Shown: in pieces, positions 56,152-64,000 of the stretch
How positions within the stretch are numbered: the first letter of the stretch is position 1
Layout: each line of letters begins with the position of its first letter
NCBI GenBank assembly: GCA_902784805.1
Contig: CACZWD010000016.1
Coordinates: forward strand, 16,754-80,753
DNA from: an uncultured Ruminococcus sp.
Lineage (GTDB): Bacteria; Bacillota; Clostridia; RUG12999
Length of the DNA stretch: 64,000 nucleotides
Direction of reading: 5' to 3'
Translations under genes and position numbers: made by a program
Notes under the pieces: model-generated
Seen by the model: only the letters and a program-made list of their open reading frames with translations
Databases searched by the model: none
What the model was told of the DNA's origin: nothing

Positions 56152-56257
56152 TATCTATGCGTATTTGGGGTTTTGGTGGGCAAATGGTGGGCAAATCAAA
56201 AAATTTTATTAAAAAAATACCGCATTTTCAATGTTACTTCCGACAGCCTATTTTTTA

Positions 56258-56290
56258 CTCATATATCCTTTATCGTATGCATAAAATATA
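56258..56290 (+). promoter_or_regulatory. candidate sigma-E type promoter for spoIIID
   Basis: tcatata ... 14 nt ... cataaaat resembles the mother-cell sigma-E consensus (ATATT / CATACAnT). Confidence 0.35.
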
Positions 56291-56323
56291 ACAAAGTTTT
56301 CTTTTTAAAAGGAGCTGTTATAT

Positions 56324-56587
56324 ATGAAGGATTATATAGAAAAGCGGTCAATTGCACTTGCGGAATATATTATAGAGCATAAAGCAACCGTTAGGGCTGC
56401 CGCAAAAAAGTTTGGAATATCAAAATCAACTGTACATAAAGATATTTCTGAACGCTTACATGATGTAAGTCCGTCGCTTTCACGTCAGGCAAAAGCGGTA
56501 CTTACAAAAAACAAAAACGAACGTCATCTTAGAGGCGGACTTGCGACAAAGAAAAAATATCTTGAAAAAAGTAAAAAAATAAAATAG
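56324..56587 (+). CDS. spoIIID: stage III sporulation DNA-binding regulator SpoIIID
   Basis: 87 aa. MKDYIEKRSIALAEYIIEHKATVRAAAKKFGISKSTVHKD is near-canonical SpoIIID. Confidence 0.9.
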   Translation: MKDYIEKRSIALAEYIIEHKATVRAAAKKFGISKSTVHKDISERLHDVSPSLSRQAKAVLTKNKNERHLRGGLATKKKYLEKSKKIK

Positions 56588-56612
56588 AGGCGGAAAACCC
56601 GCCTCTATTTTT
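56585..56612 (+). terminator. intrinsic terminator after spoIIID
   Basis: tagaggcgg / aaaac / ccgcctcta, followed by ttttt. Confidence 0.75.
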
Positions 56613-56771
56613 GTATGGAAAACTTAGGATAATCAAGGGGGATATTTAATATTTAAAAGGTAATATCTTATCTTATATCGGTTTATATTTTAGTAATTAC
56701 GTATCAAATATTTGATAATCTTTATTTTTGCCCGTTTTTTTATTTTTTTCTTTATTTTTTAAAAAAAACAC

Positions 56772-56800
56772 TTGAAAAACAAAAAAAAGTATGGTATAAT
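56772..56800 (+). promoter_or_regulatory. sigma-A promoter with extended -10 upstream of the HAD-GRE operon, followed by a leader of about 180 nt
   Basis: ttgaaa (56772-77), 17 nt, tgg-tataat (56792-800). Confidence 0.45.
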
Positions 56801-56983
56801 AAAACCAACAAACAGAAATTCGGCGTTGCCGCAAGAAAAGGTTTTACTGTTTCAAAGCGCTTCGGCACGCTGCGCCTTGCGTACATGAATAATAAAAATA
56901 AAGAATTTTTGTTTATATTTGTTCGTCTTTTTTTGCGAATTTACAAATTACCAATTTATAAAAGGAAAAATATGGTTTGAAAA

Positions 56984-57784
56984 ATGATTAAACTTATTGT
57001 TTGTGATGTTGACGGAACACTTCTTCCGCATGGCGAGAAAAGAATTTCATACGACACTGCGGACCTTATAAAAGAAGCAGAAAATAAAGGTATAAGCTTT
57101 GCGGCCGCGAGCGGAAGAGCTTATCACGAGCTTAAAAGGCTGTTTGAAGGAATAAATGTGTGGTATATACCTTCCGACGGCGCGGCGCTTATATATAATG
57201 AAGAAACGCTTTTTAAAAAAAATATTCCGTTTTTTGCCGCGGATAAGCTTGTAAAAGCTCTTACGGAAACCGAAAAAACAGCGGCTGTCGCCACAGGGAA
57301 ATATATGTCGTACATAATTAAAGGTGAAAATATTGACAATAGTTTTAATCACAGAATAACGTCTGTTTTAAACGGTCATGCCGTACGCGCGGAAAATGTT
57401 TCGGAAGCGGACGAAGATATTTTAAAGCTTTCGTTTTACGGCGGCGCGAAGTCTGTTTTCGGCAAAAAGCTTTTGTCGGGAACTGCCGATAATCTTACCA
57501 AAATTATTTATAAAGACGGTGTATGGACAGATTTTGTTTCTGTAAACGCAGGGAAAAAAGCGGCTGTTTTAAAGCTTATGGAGCTTTTAAAGCTTGAGGC
57601 GGACGAAACTGCTGTTATAGGCGACGGTGATAACGATGCCGATATGCTGAAAATAACAAGAAATTCCGTTGCTGTAAAAGGCGGCAGCGAAAGCGTGTTA
57701 AAAGCTGCAAAGTATATTACTTCCGATGTAAATAAAACACTTGATTTTATCATAAGAAAGGGTGAAATTCGCGATGTCTTATAA
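56984..57784 (+). CDS. Cof-type HAD-IIB phosphatase
   Basis: DVDGTLL motif I, a cap domain and GDGDND motif IV. It overlaps the next gene by 11 nt. Confidence 0.8.
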   Translation: MIKLIVCDVDGTLLPHGEKRISYDTADLIKEAENKGISFAAASGRAYHELKRLFEGINVWYIPSDGAALIYNEETLFKKNIPFFAADKLVKALTETEKTAAVATGKYMSYIIKGENIDNSFNHRITSVLNGHAVRAENVSEADEDILKLSFYGGAKSVFGKKLLSGTADNLTKIIYKDGVWTDFVSVNAGKKAAVLKLMELLKLEADETAVIGDGDNDADMLKITRNSVAVKGGSESVLKAAKYITSDVNKTLDFIIRKGEIRDVL

Positions 57785-60308
57785 AATAGTAGATTTACCG
57801 AAACCTGAAAGAATAACAAGAATGATTGACAGAATGTTTGACCATATGCCCGAAATTGAGGCGGACAGAGCTGTTCTGCTTACGGAATCCTATAAGCAGA
57901 CCGAAGGCGAGCCTGTAATTTTACGCAGAGCCAAAGCGTTTGAGCATATACTTAAAAATATTCCGATTACAATTCGTGATGAGGAGCTTATTGTCGGAAG
58001 CAACGCGAAAACGGCAAGAGGCTGCCAGGTTTTCCCCGAATTTTCGTTTGAATGGCTTGAAAGCGAGTTTGACACCGTGGCAACAAGAACCGCCGATCCG
58101 TTTTACATTTCGGACGAAACAAAAAAGACACTTCATGAGGTATATAAATATTGGAAAGGCAAAACAACGAGCGAGCTTGCGACGGCATATATGGCGCCAG
58201 AAACGCTTACCGCCATTGAACACAATATATTTACGCCGGGAAACTACTTTTATAACGGAGTAGGGCATGTTACGGTAAACTACGCTAAGATACTTAAATC
58301 CGGCTATAAAGGCATAATTGCCGAAGCCGAAGCGGCACTTAAAAAGCTTGATTTCGGCGATGAGGATTACGCGCGCAGAAACAGCTTTTTAAATGCGGTA
58401 ATAATAAGCTGCAAGGCGGCGATTGCTTATGCTAAAAGATATTCGCTTCTTGCGCTTGAGCTTGCTGAAAAAGAGACAAATCCCGAAAGGAAAGAAGAGC
58501 TTAAGGAAATAGCTTCAAACTGTATGAATGTGCCCGAAAACGGCGCTAAAACCTTTTTTGAGGCGTGTCAGTCTTTCTGGTTTGTGCAGATGCTTTTACA
58601 GATTGAGTCAAGCGGACATTCAATTTCACCGGGACGTTTTGACCAATATATGTATCCGTATTTTAAAAATGACCTTGATAAAGGGCTTATTACATATGAA
58701 AAAGCGCAGCTTTTAATGGATTGTATCTGGGTTAAGCTTAACGACCTTAATAAAGTTCGCGACGCCGCGAGCGCTGAAGGCTTTGCGGGATACAGCCTTT
58801 TCCAGAATCTTATTGCCGGCGGGCAGGATAGGTTTGGAGTTGATGCGACAAACGACCTTTCATTTATGTGTATTCAGGCGACAATGCACGTGCGTTTGCC
58901 TCAGCCGTCGTTTTCGGTAAGAGTATGGAACGGCACTCCGCACGACTTTATGGTTAAAGCCGCCGAGCTTACAAGGACAGGCGTGGGACTTCCGGCGTAC
59001 TACAATGATGAGGTTATAATTCCGGCGCTGATAAGCCGCGGTCTTACAATGGAGGATGCGAGAGATTACAACATAATCGGTTGTGTTGAGCCGCAGAAGG
59101 CGGGCAAAACCGAAGGCTGGCACGACGCGGCATTCTTTAATATGTGCCGTCCGCTTGAAATGGTATTTTCAAACGGTATGGAGGGCGGCGTACAGGTTGG
59201 CGTTAAAACGGGCGAAGTTGAAAATATGACAAGCTTTGAGCAGTTTTATGACGCGTATAAACAGCAAATGAATTACGCCATTAAGCTCCTTGTCAATGCC
59301 GACAACGCTATTGACGCGGCTCATGCGAAACGTTGTCCGTTACCGTTTTTGTCAGGTATGGTTGAGGATTGTATCGGCAGAGGAAAAAGCGTGCAGGAGG
59401 GCGGAGCGATATATAACTTTACCGGTCCGCAGGGCTTTGGAATAGCAAATATGGCGGATTCGCTCTATGCAGTTAAAAAGCTTGTTTTTGAACAGAAAAA
59501 GTTTACGCTTTCGGAGCTTAAAGATGCGCTTAAACATAATTACGGCAAGGGCGAGGCAAATGCCGCTAATATTGAAGGAATAACAGCGCTTATCGCGAAA
59601 CAGCTTAAAGATTCGGGCGTAACGATAAACCGTGATGTTGTTGAGAGTATTTATAATGAGGTTAAGAAAAATTCGGGTAATGCCGATAATAACGTAAATT
59701 CAAAATATGTTGAAATTAAAGAGCTTATTGACGAAGTTCCGAAATTCGGCAACGATATTACCGAAGTTGACGAGTTCGCGAGAGACGTAGCTTATACTTA
59801 TACAAGACCGCTTGAAACCTATAAAAATCCCAGAGGCGGTATTTTCCAGGCAGGGCTTTATCCCGTTTCGGCAAATGTGCCGCTCGGAGCGCAGACGGGA
59901 GCGACGCCGGACGGCAGATACGCATATACGCCTGTTGCGGACGGCGTTTCACCTTCCGCGGGCAAGGACGTTAAAGGTCCGACCGCTTCGGCAAATTCCG
60001 TTTCAAAGCTTGACCACTTTATTGCTTCAAACGGTACACTGTTCAATATGAAGTTTCACCCCTCGGCGCTTCAGGGAAAGAGTGGTATAGAGAGCTTTAT
60101 AACGCTCATAAGGGGATATTTTGACCAGAAGGGCAGCCATATGCAGTTTAACGTCGTAAGCCGTGAAACATTGCGTGACGCGCAGGCTCATCCGGAAAAA
60201 TACAAGAGCCTTGTTGTCAGGGTTGCGGGTTACAGCGCGCTTTTCACAACGCTTTCGAGGTCACTCCAGGACGATATAATTAACAGAACGGAACAGATGA
60301 ATTTTTAA
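57774..60308 (+). CDS. glycyl radical enzyme, dehydratase/eliminase class (1,2-propanediol dehydratase-like)
   Basis: 844 aa. Cys-loop IIGCVEPQ, a C-terminal glycyl radical motif VVRVAGYSALF, and the activase gene directly downstream. Confidence 0.8.
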   Translation: MSYKIVDLPKPERITRMIDRMFDHMPEIEADRAVLLTESYKQTEGEPVILRRAKAFEHILKNIPITIRDEELIVGSNAKTARGCQVFPEFSFEWLESEFDTVATRTADPFYISDETKKTLHEVYKYWKGKTTSELATAYMAPETLTAIEHNIFTPGNYFYNGVGHVTVNYAKILKSGYKGIIAEAEAALKKLDFGDEDYARRNSFLNAVIISCKAAIAYAKRYSLLALELAEKETNPERKEELKEIASNCMNVPENGAKTFFEACQSFWFVQMLLQIESSGHSISPGRFDQYMYPYFKNDLDKGLITYEKAQLLMDCIWVKLNDLNKVRDAASAEGFAGYSLFQNLIAGGQDRFGVDATNDLSFMCIQATMHVRLPQPSFSVRVWNGTPHDFMVKAAELTRTGVGLPAYYNDEVIIPALISRGLTMEDARDYNIIGCVEPQKAGKTEGWHDAAFFNMCRPLEMVFSNGMEGGVQVGVKTGEVENMTSFEQFYDAYKQQMNYAIKLLVNADNAIDAAHAKRCPLPFLSGMVEDCIGRGKSVQEGGAIYNFTGPQGFGIANMADSLYAVKKLVFEQKKFTLSELKDALKHNYGKGEANAANIEGITALIAKQLKDSGVTINRDVVESIYNEVKKNSGNADNNVNSKYVEIKELIDEVPKFGNDITEVDEFARDVAYTYTRPLETYKNPRGGIFQAGLYPVSANVPLGAQTGATPDGRYAYTPVADGVSPSAGKDVKGPTASANSVSKLDHFIASNGTLFNMKFHPSALQGKSGIESFITLIRGYFDQKGSHMQFNVVSRETLRDAQAHPEKYKSLVVRVAGYSALFTTLSRSLQDDIINRTEQMNF

Positions 60309-60329
60309 ACTCAAAAAGGCGGAAAATTT

Positions 60330-61118
60330 ATGAATTGGTATGATGAAATAAAGGGCAGGATATTTAATATTCAAAGGTTTTCCATACATGACGGACCGGG
60401 CGTAAGGACGATAGTCTTTTTAAAAGGCTGCGTCCTCAGATGCCGCTGGTGCTGCAACCCGGAATCTCAGAGCCGTGAAATCGAAACAATGGTTTCAGAC
60501 GGAAAAGCAAAAACGGTTGGGCAGGATATAACTGTGAGAGAGGTTATGCAGGAGGTTATACGTGATATGCCTTACTATCGCCGTTCGGGCGGCGGACTGA
60601 CGCTTTCGGGCGGTGAGTGCCTGTGTCAGGCGGATTTCTCGGCGGCGCTTCTTGCGGCAGCAAAAGATATGGGTATAAACACAGCCATAGAATCCACCGC
60701 TTGTATGGAATTTGACGTAATAGAAAAGCTTTTGCCGTATCTTGATTTGTATCTTATGGATATAAAACATATGAACAGTGAAAAGCATAAGGAATTTACA
60801 AAGCGTGACAACAAGCTTATTTTGGAAAATGCCGCAAAGCTTGCCGTAAAAGCAAAAAAGTTGATTATTCGTGTGCCTGTTGTTCCGACTTTCAATGATA
60901 CGGAAGAAGAAATCGGTGATATTGCCCGTTTTGCGGCGGGACTTCCGAATGTAAAGGAAATACATCTTTTGCCGTATCACAGGCTTGGACAGGGTAAATA
61001 CGAAGGTCTCGGAAGGGAATACAGTTTAAAAAATATTGAGCCGCCAAATAGGGAGCATATGGAAAGGCTTGCCCGTGCCGCGGAAAAGACAGGACTTTAC
61101 GTGCAGATTGGCGGATAG
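60330..61118 (+). CDS. glycyl-radical enzyme activating enzyme (radical SAM)
   Basis: FSIHDGPGVRTIVFLKGCVLRCRWCCNPES carries the radical-SAM cluster motif; 262 aa. Confidence 0.85.
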   Translation: MNWYDEIKGRIFNIQRFSIHDGPGVRTIVFLKGCVLRCRWCCNPESQSREIETMVSDGKAKTVGQDITVREVMQEVIRDMPYYRRSGGGLTLSGGECLCQADFSAALLAAAKDMGINTAIESTACMEFDVIEKLLPYLDLYLMDIKHMNSEKHKEFTKRDNKLILENAAKLAVKAKKLIIRVPVVPTFNDTEEEIGDIARFAAGLPNVKEIHLLPYHRLGQGKYEGLGREYSLKNIEPPNREHMERLARAAEKTGLYVQIGG

Positions 61119-61124
61119 AAAGGA

Positions 61125-61514
61125 TTGATTGTATTGGCAGAGCTTAACGATATATTATCGGGTAGTGATAAAGTTAGGATAATTCAGGAGCTTGTACCCG
61201 GTAAGCAGATTACAATAGCGCACATAATCGCCAATCCCGATGAAATTCTGTATAAAAAGCTTGGGCTTGACCCGGCAGTTGATTACTCTAAAAGCGCGAT
61301 AGGCATTGTTACTATGTCACCGGCGGAAACGGCGATTATTGCGGGAGATATCGCAATCAAGACATCGGGCGCGGAGCTTGGCTTTGTTGACAGGTTCAGC
61401 GGAACGCTTATTATAACGGGCAGTGTTTCGGAGGTTGAAGCGGCGCTTATATCGCTTACCGACTATTGTAAAAACAAGCTTGGCTTTACCGTTTGCGACA
61501 TTACAAAAACATAA
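61125..61514 (+). CDS. bacterial microcompartment shell protein, EutS/PduU type (permuted BMC domain)
   Basis: RIIQELVPGKQITIAHIIANPD is the EutS/PduU N-terminal signature. The start (TTG at 61125 or 61134) is uncertain. Confidence 0.75.
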   Translation: MIVLAELNDILSGSDKVRIIQELVPGKQITIAHIIANPDEILYKKLGLDPAVDYSKSAIGIVTMSPAETAIIAGDIAIKTSGAELGFVDRFSGTLIITGSVSEVEAALISLTDYCKNKLGFTVCDITKT

Positions 61515-61637
61515 GTCAAACTGTGTTTTTTTATGTGATAAACAGAGAAAGCGGGCTTAAAAATTGATAAACAAAGATTTTTAAGCCATAAATCAAAAAT
61601 AATCAGATAAAAAAACAGAAAAAAACAGAAAAAACTA

Positions 61638-61666
61638 TTGACAAAACAACATTTTAGTGATAAAAT
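61638..61666 (+). promoter_or_regulatory. internal sigma-A promoter before the aldolase gene
   Basis: ttgaca (61638-43), 17 nt, taaaat (61661-66). Confidence 0.45.
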
Positions 61667-61718
61667 TTATATGTAAAAAATATGAACAAATATATAAAAT
61701 AAGAAGGAGAAATGTAAA

Positions 61719-62519
61719 ATGGTATCGGAATACGAAATCAAGAAACAAATCTGCGACATCGGCAAGAGAATTTATAACAGAGGTATGGTTGCCGCAAACG
61801 ATGGTAATATCTCGGTTAAAATTTCCGATAATGAGTTTCTTTGCACACCGACAGGCGTAAGCAAAGGCTTTATGACACCGGAGTATATCTGCAAGGTTGA
61901 CGCGGAAGGTAAGGTTATTCAGGCAAACCCCGGTTTTAAGCCCTCATCGGAAATAAAGATGCATATGAGAGTTTACAAAAAAAGACCGGACGTTAATTCG
62001 GTTGTTCACGCTCATCCGAGCTATGCGACAGCATTCGCGATTGCGGGTATTCCGCTCACACAGCCGATTATGCCCGAAGCGGTTATCGCTCTCGGCTGCG
62101 TTCCGATTGCGCCCTACGGCACACCTTCAACAGAAGAAATCCCCGACGCGGTAGAAAAATACTTACAGCATTTTGACGCTGTGCTTCTTGAAAATCACGG
62201 CGCGCTTTCATATTCGGATTCACTGCTTAACGCTTATCATAAAATGGAATCGCTTGAGTTTTACGCGGAGCTTCTTTACAAGGCAAATCAGCTCGGCGGT
62301 CCGAAAGAGCTTTCAAAAAACCAGGTTGAAAGACTTTACGAAATAAGACGTCAGTTCGGGCTTAAAGGAAAGCATCCGGCGGATGTTTGCCTTAACGCGA
62401 AAGACGGAAAAGCAAGCTGTCACGGCTGCGGCGGTTCGTGTAAAAGTGCGGGCGGAGATATAAGCTCCGATGTGATTTCGGCAATAACACGTAAGGTTAT
62501 AGAGCAGCTCGGCAAGTAA
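61719..62519 (+). CDS. class II (fuculose/rhamnulose-phosphate type) aldolase with C-terminal Cys-rich linker and encapsulation-peptide-like helix
   Basis: Aldolase_II motifs (AANDGNISV; HAHPSYATAF; ENHG). The C-terminal extension CHGCGGSCKSAGGDISSDVISAITRKVIEQLGK lies beyond the usual fold of about 215 aa. Confidence 0.8.
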   Translation: MVSEYEIKKQICDIGKRIYNRGMVAANDGNISVKISDNEFLCTPTGVSKGFMTPEYICKVDAEGKVIQANPGFKPSSEIKMHMRVYKKRPDVNSVVHAHPSYATAFAIAGIPLTQPIMPEAVIALGCVPIAPYGTPSTEEIPDAVEKYLQHFDAVLLENHGALSYSDSLLNAYHKMESLEFYAELLYKANQLGGPKELSKNQVERLYEIRRQFGLKGKHPADVCLNAKDGKASCHGCGGSCKSAGGDISSDVISAITRKVIEQLGK

Positions 62520-62520
62520 A

Positions 62521-63009
62521 ATGGACAGAAGCGAAATTGAAAAAATCGTAAGCAGTGTTATAAAAGAAAGCTTTATGAAGGCGGATATAAAAGAGATTGG
62601 TCTTAAGCTCGCAAAAAAGCTTGCGGAGAAAATTGAGAAAAAAGCAGCCGAAATAGGAGTTAGGCCTGTTGTTGCAATAACAAATCCCGGCGCAAGACCT
62701 GTTTTGGTCGAATGTACGGACGACTCTTACATAGCAAGCTACGATATAGCGTTAAATAAGGCATTTACCTCGGTCGCGCTTAAAATGCCGACAAAGAAGC
62801 TTAAAGGGCTGGCGCAGCCCGGAGAGCCGCTTTACGGGATTCAGTTTACAAACGGCGGACAAATTGTGGTTTTCGGAGGCGGAGTTCCGCTTATTTACGG
62901 CGGTAAAATAATCGGCGGGCTCGGTGTTTCAGGCGGTTCTGAGGAACAGGATACTTTTCTTGCGGATTACGGAGCTGAAATGCTTGACGAGGTGGTAGAT
63001 ACGCTATGA
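62521..63009 (+). CDS. GlcG/HbpS/PduO-C (DUF336) heme-binding-like protein with N-terminal amphipathic extension
   Basis: DUF336 core (ALNKAFTSVALKMPT; GGGVPL; GGLGVSGG), preceded by MDRSEIEKIVSSVIKESF. Confidence 0.7.
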   Translation: MDRSEIEKIVSSVIKESFMKADIKEIGLKLAKKLAEKIEKKAAEIGVRPVVAITNPGARPVLVECTDDSYIASYDIALNKAFTSVALKMPTKKLKGLAQPGEPLYGIQFTNGGQIVVFGGGVPLIYGGKIIGGLGVSGGSEEQDTFLADYGAEMLDEVVDTL

Positions 63010-64000
63010 GTAAGAAAATTCTTGTTATAGCGGATAAAAACTCTGACCTTAAAAAGCTTGCGAAAAACGCGGAGGAGCTTAAAAAAAACGGCGCGATAAT
63101 TGCGGCGGACAATACAGCGGATGAGCTTCTTTATTATATAATCGAAGAAGGAGCGGCGGCGCTGTCCCGTAGCGAACAAAATAAAAATATACCGGAGTCT
63201 GAAGGGAAATATTTTGCGGCAATAATTTATAAAAATCATCAGCTTATGCGCAAAAACCCGGAAGATATTTTGCGCATAGTGCGCGCGGGCAAGGCGGCAC
63301 AGGCAAAAGAGCTTGCGAAAAGTCTTACACAGTTTGATGAGATTATACCGGCAGAACTCTGGCTAAAAGATAGGAGAGATAAAATGGATATCAGTTCAAA
63401 AGAGATAGAAGATATCGTGCGCAATGTGTTAAACGGTCTCGGAAATGAAACCTCACGGGTAAGAGCTGCAAGTTCTGAGGTTCCGGGTACGGCGCATGTT
63501 GCGATGCTTACTTCGCTTGAACATTTTGACGTTAAAGAATTTCCGATGCCGCCTGTCGGCGATGATGATGTTCTTGTTAAGGTTGAAGGCTGCGGAGTTT
63601 GCGGCACGGATGCTCATGAATTTAAACGCGACCCGTTCGGGCTTATTCCGGTCGCGCTCGGACATGAGGGTACGGGCGAAATTGTGAAAATGGGAAAGAA
63701 TGTCAAGAAGGACAGCGCGGGCAAACCGCTTAATATCGGTGATAAGGTTGTTACCTGTATGATATTTAAAGATAATCCCGATATCACAATGTTCGACCTT
63801 AACAAGCAAAATGTAGGCGGCGCGGACGTTTACGGGCTTTTACCCGACGACGATGTGCATTTAAACGGCTGGTTCTCGGATTACATACTTGTAAGAGGCG
63901 GTTCAACAATATTTAACGTAAGCGACCTTGACCTTGATTCAAGAATACTTATTGAGCCGTGTGCGGTACTTATTCACGCTGTTGAGCGCGCGAAAACAAC
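63006..64000 (+). CDS. open frame running off the window: 126-aa unknown N-terminal region, encapsulation-peptide-like helix, then Zn-dependent (MDR family) alcohol dehydrogenase
   Basis: ATGA overlap with the upstream stop. There is no in-frame stop from 63006 to 64000. An internal ATG at 63384 has RBS aggaga. ADH motifs are GCGVCGTDAHE and GHEGTGEIV. It is absent from the ORF track because it has no stop in the window. Confidence 0.7.
   Translation, partial: MSKKILVIADKNSDLKKLAKNAEELKKNGAIIAADNTADELLYYIIEEGAAALSRSEQNKNIPESEGKYFAAIIYKNHQLMRKNPEDILRIVRAGKAAQAKELAKSLTQFDEIIPAELWLKDRRDKMDISSKEIEDIVRNVLNGLGNETSRVRAASSEVPGTAHVAMLTSLEHFDVKEFPMPPVGDDDVLVKVEGCGVCGTDAHEFKRDPFGLIPVALGHEGTGEIVKMGKNVKKDSAGKPLNIGDKVVTCMIFKDNPDITMFDLNKQNVGGADVYGLLPDDDVHLNGWFSDYILVRGGSTIFNVSDLDLDSRILIEPCAVLIHAVERAKT

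Noticed and set aside
56170-56200. Tandem direct repeat ggtgggcaaat x2 upstream of spoIIID
   Set aside because: There are only two short units in an intergenic region, with no obvious relation to the candidate promoter. That is too little to call a binding site.
1-64000. Search for CRISPR arrays, rRNA genes, intact transposase or integrase genes and recognisable defence-system genes
   Set aside because: None was seen. No regularly spaced direct repeats are present, and no ORF shows transposase, integrase, Cas, restriction or abortive-infection signatures.

Overview
The window looks like chromosomal DNA from an endospore-forming anaerobic Firmicute (Clostridia). All calls come from reading the ORF translations and the DNA by eye; no database search or RNA folding was run.

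Gene content:
- Core metabolism: aroC (3' part), pheA, rnhA, nifS-nifU, cysE, polC, queA, hom, a monofunctional transglycosylase and a dGTPase-like gene.
- Sporulation and germination: a complete spoIIIAA-AH operon, spoIIR, sleB-ypeB, ylmC/ymxH and spoIIID.
- Two 2-oxoacid:ferredoxin oxidoreductase clusters. One is ilvE plus a four-subunit VOR/KOR-type enzyme. The other is an acyl-CoA ligase plus iorAB.
- A metallochaperone-like cluster (Mrp/NBP35 plus two CobW-type GTPases) and two SLH-anchored surface proteins.
- The 5' half of a glycyl-radical-enzyme microcompartment locus of the fucose/rhamnose (GRM5-like) type, which runs off the right edge.

RNA features: tRNA-Leu(UAG), tRNA-Pro(GGG), a TPP riboswitch before thiT, and a T-box leader whose specifier reads UAC (Tyr) before a sodium:solute symporter.

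Observations most worth a second look:
1. A ~220-240 bp non-coding element is present twice. Each copy sits between direct duplicates of a local 26-30 bp terminator-like hairpin. Its internal hairpins are conserved by compensatory changes, and short fragments occur elsewhere in the window.
2. A 152-bp MITE with 17-bp terminal inverted repeats and TA flanks splits a phage scaffold gene. Removing it restores the reading frame.
3. A 35-codon Ile/Val/Leu-rich leader ORF plus an intrinsic terminator lies upstream of ilvE-vor.
4. The Tyr T-box controls a transporter and amidohydrolase next to the ligase-iorAB genes.
5. In the microcompartment locus, encapsulation-peptide-like helices occur on three consecutive enzymes. 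One of them lies inside an ORF with no stop codon between a 126-aa unknown domain and a Zn-alcohol dehydrogenase.

No CRISPR array, rRNA gene or intact IS/transposase gene was seen.
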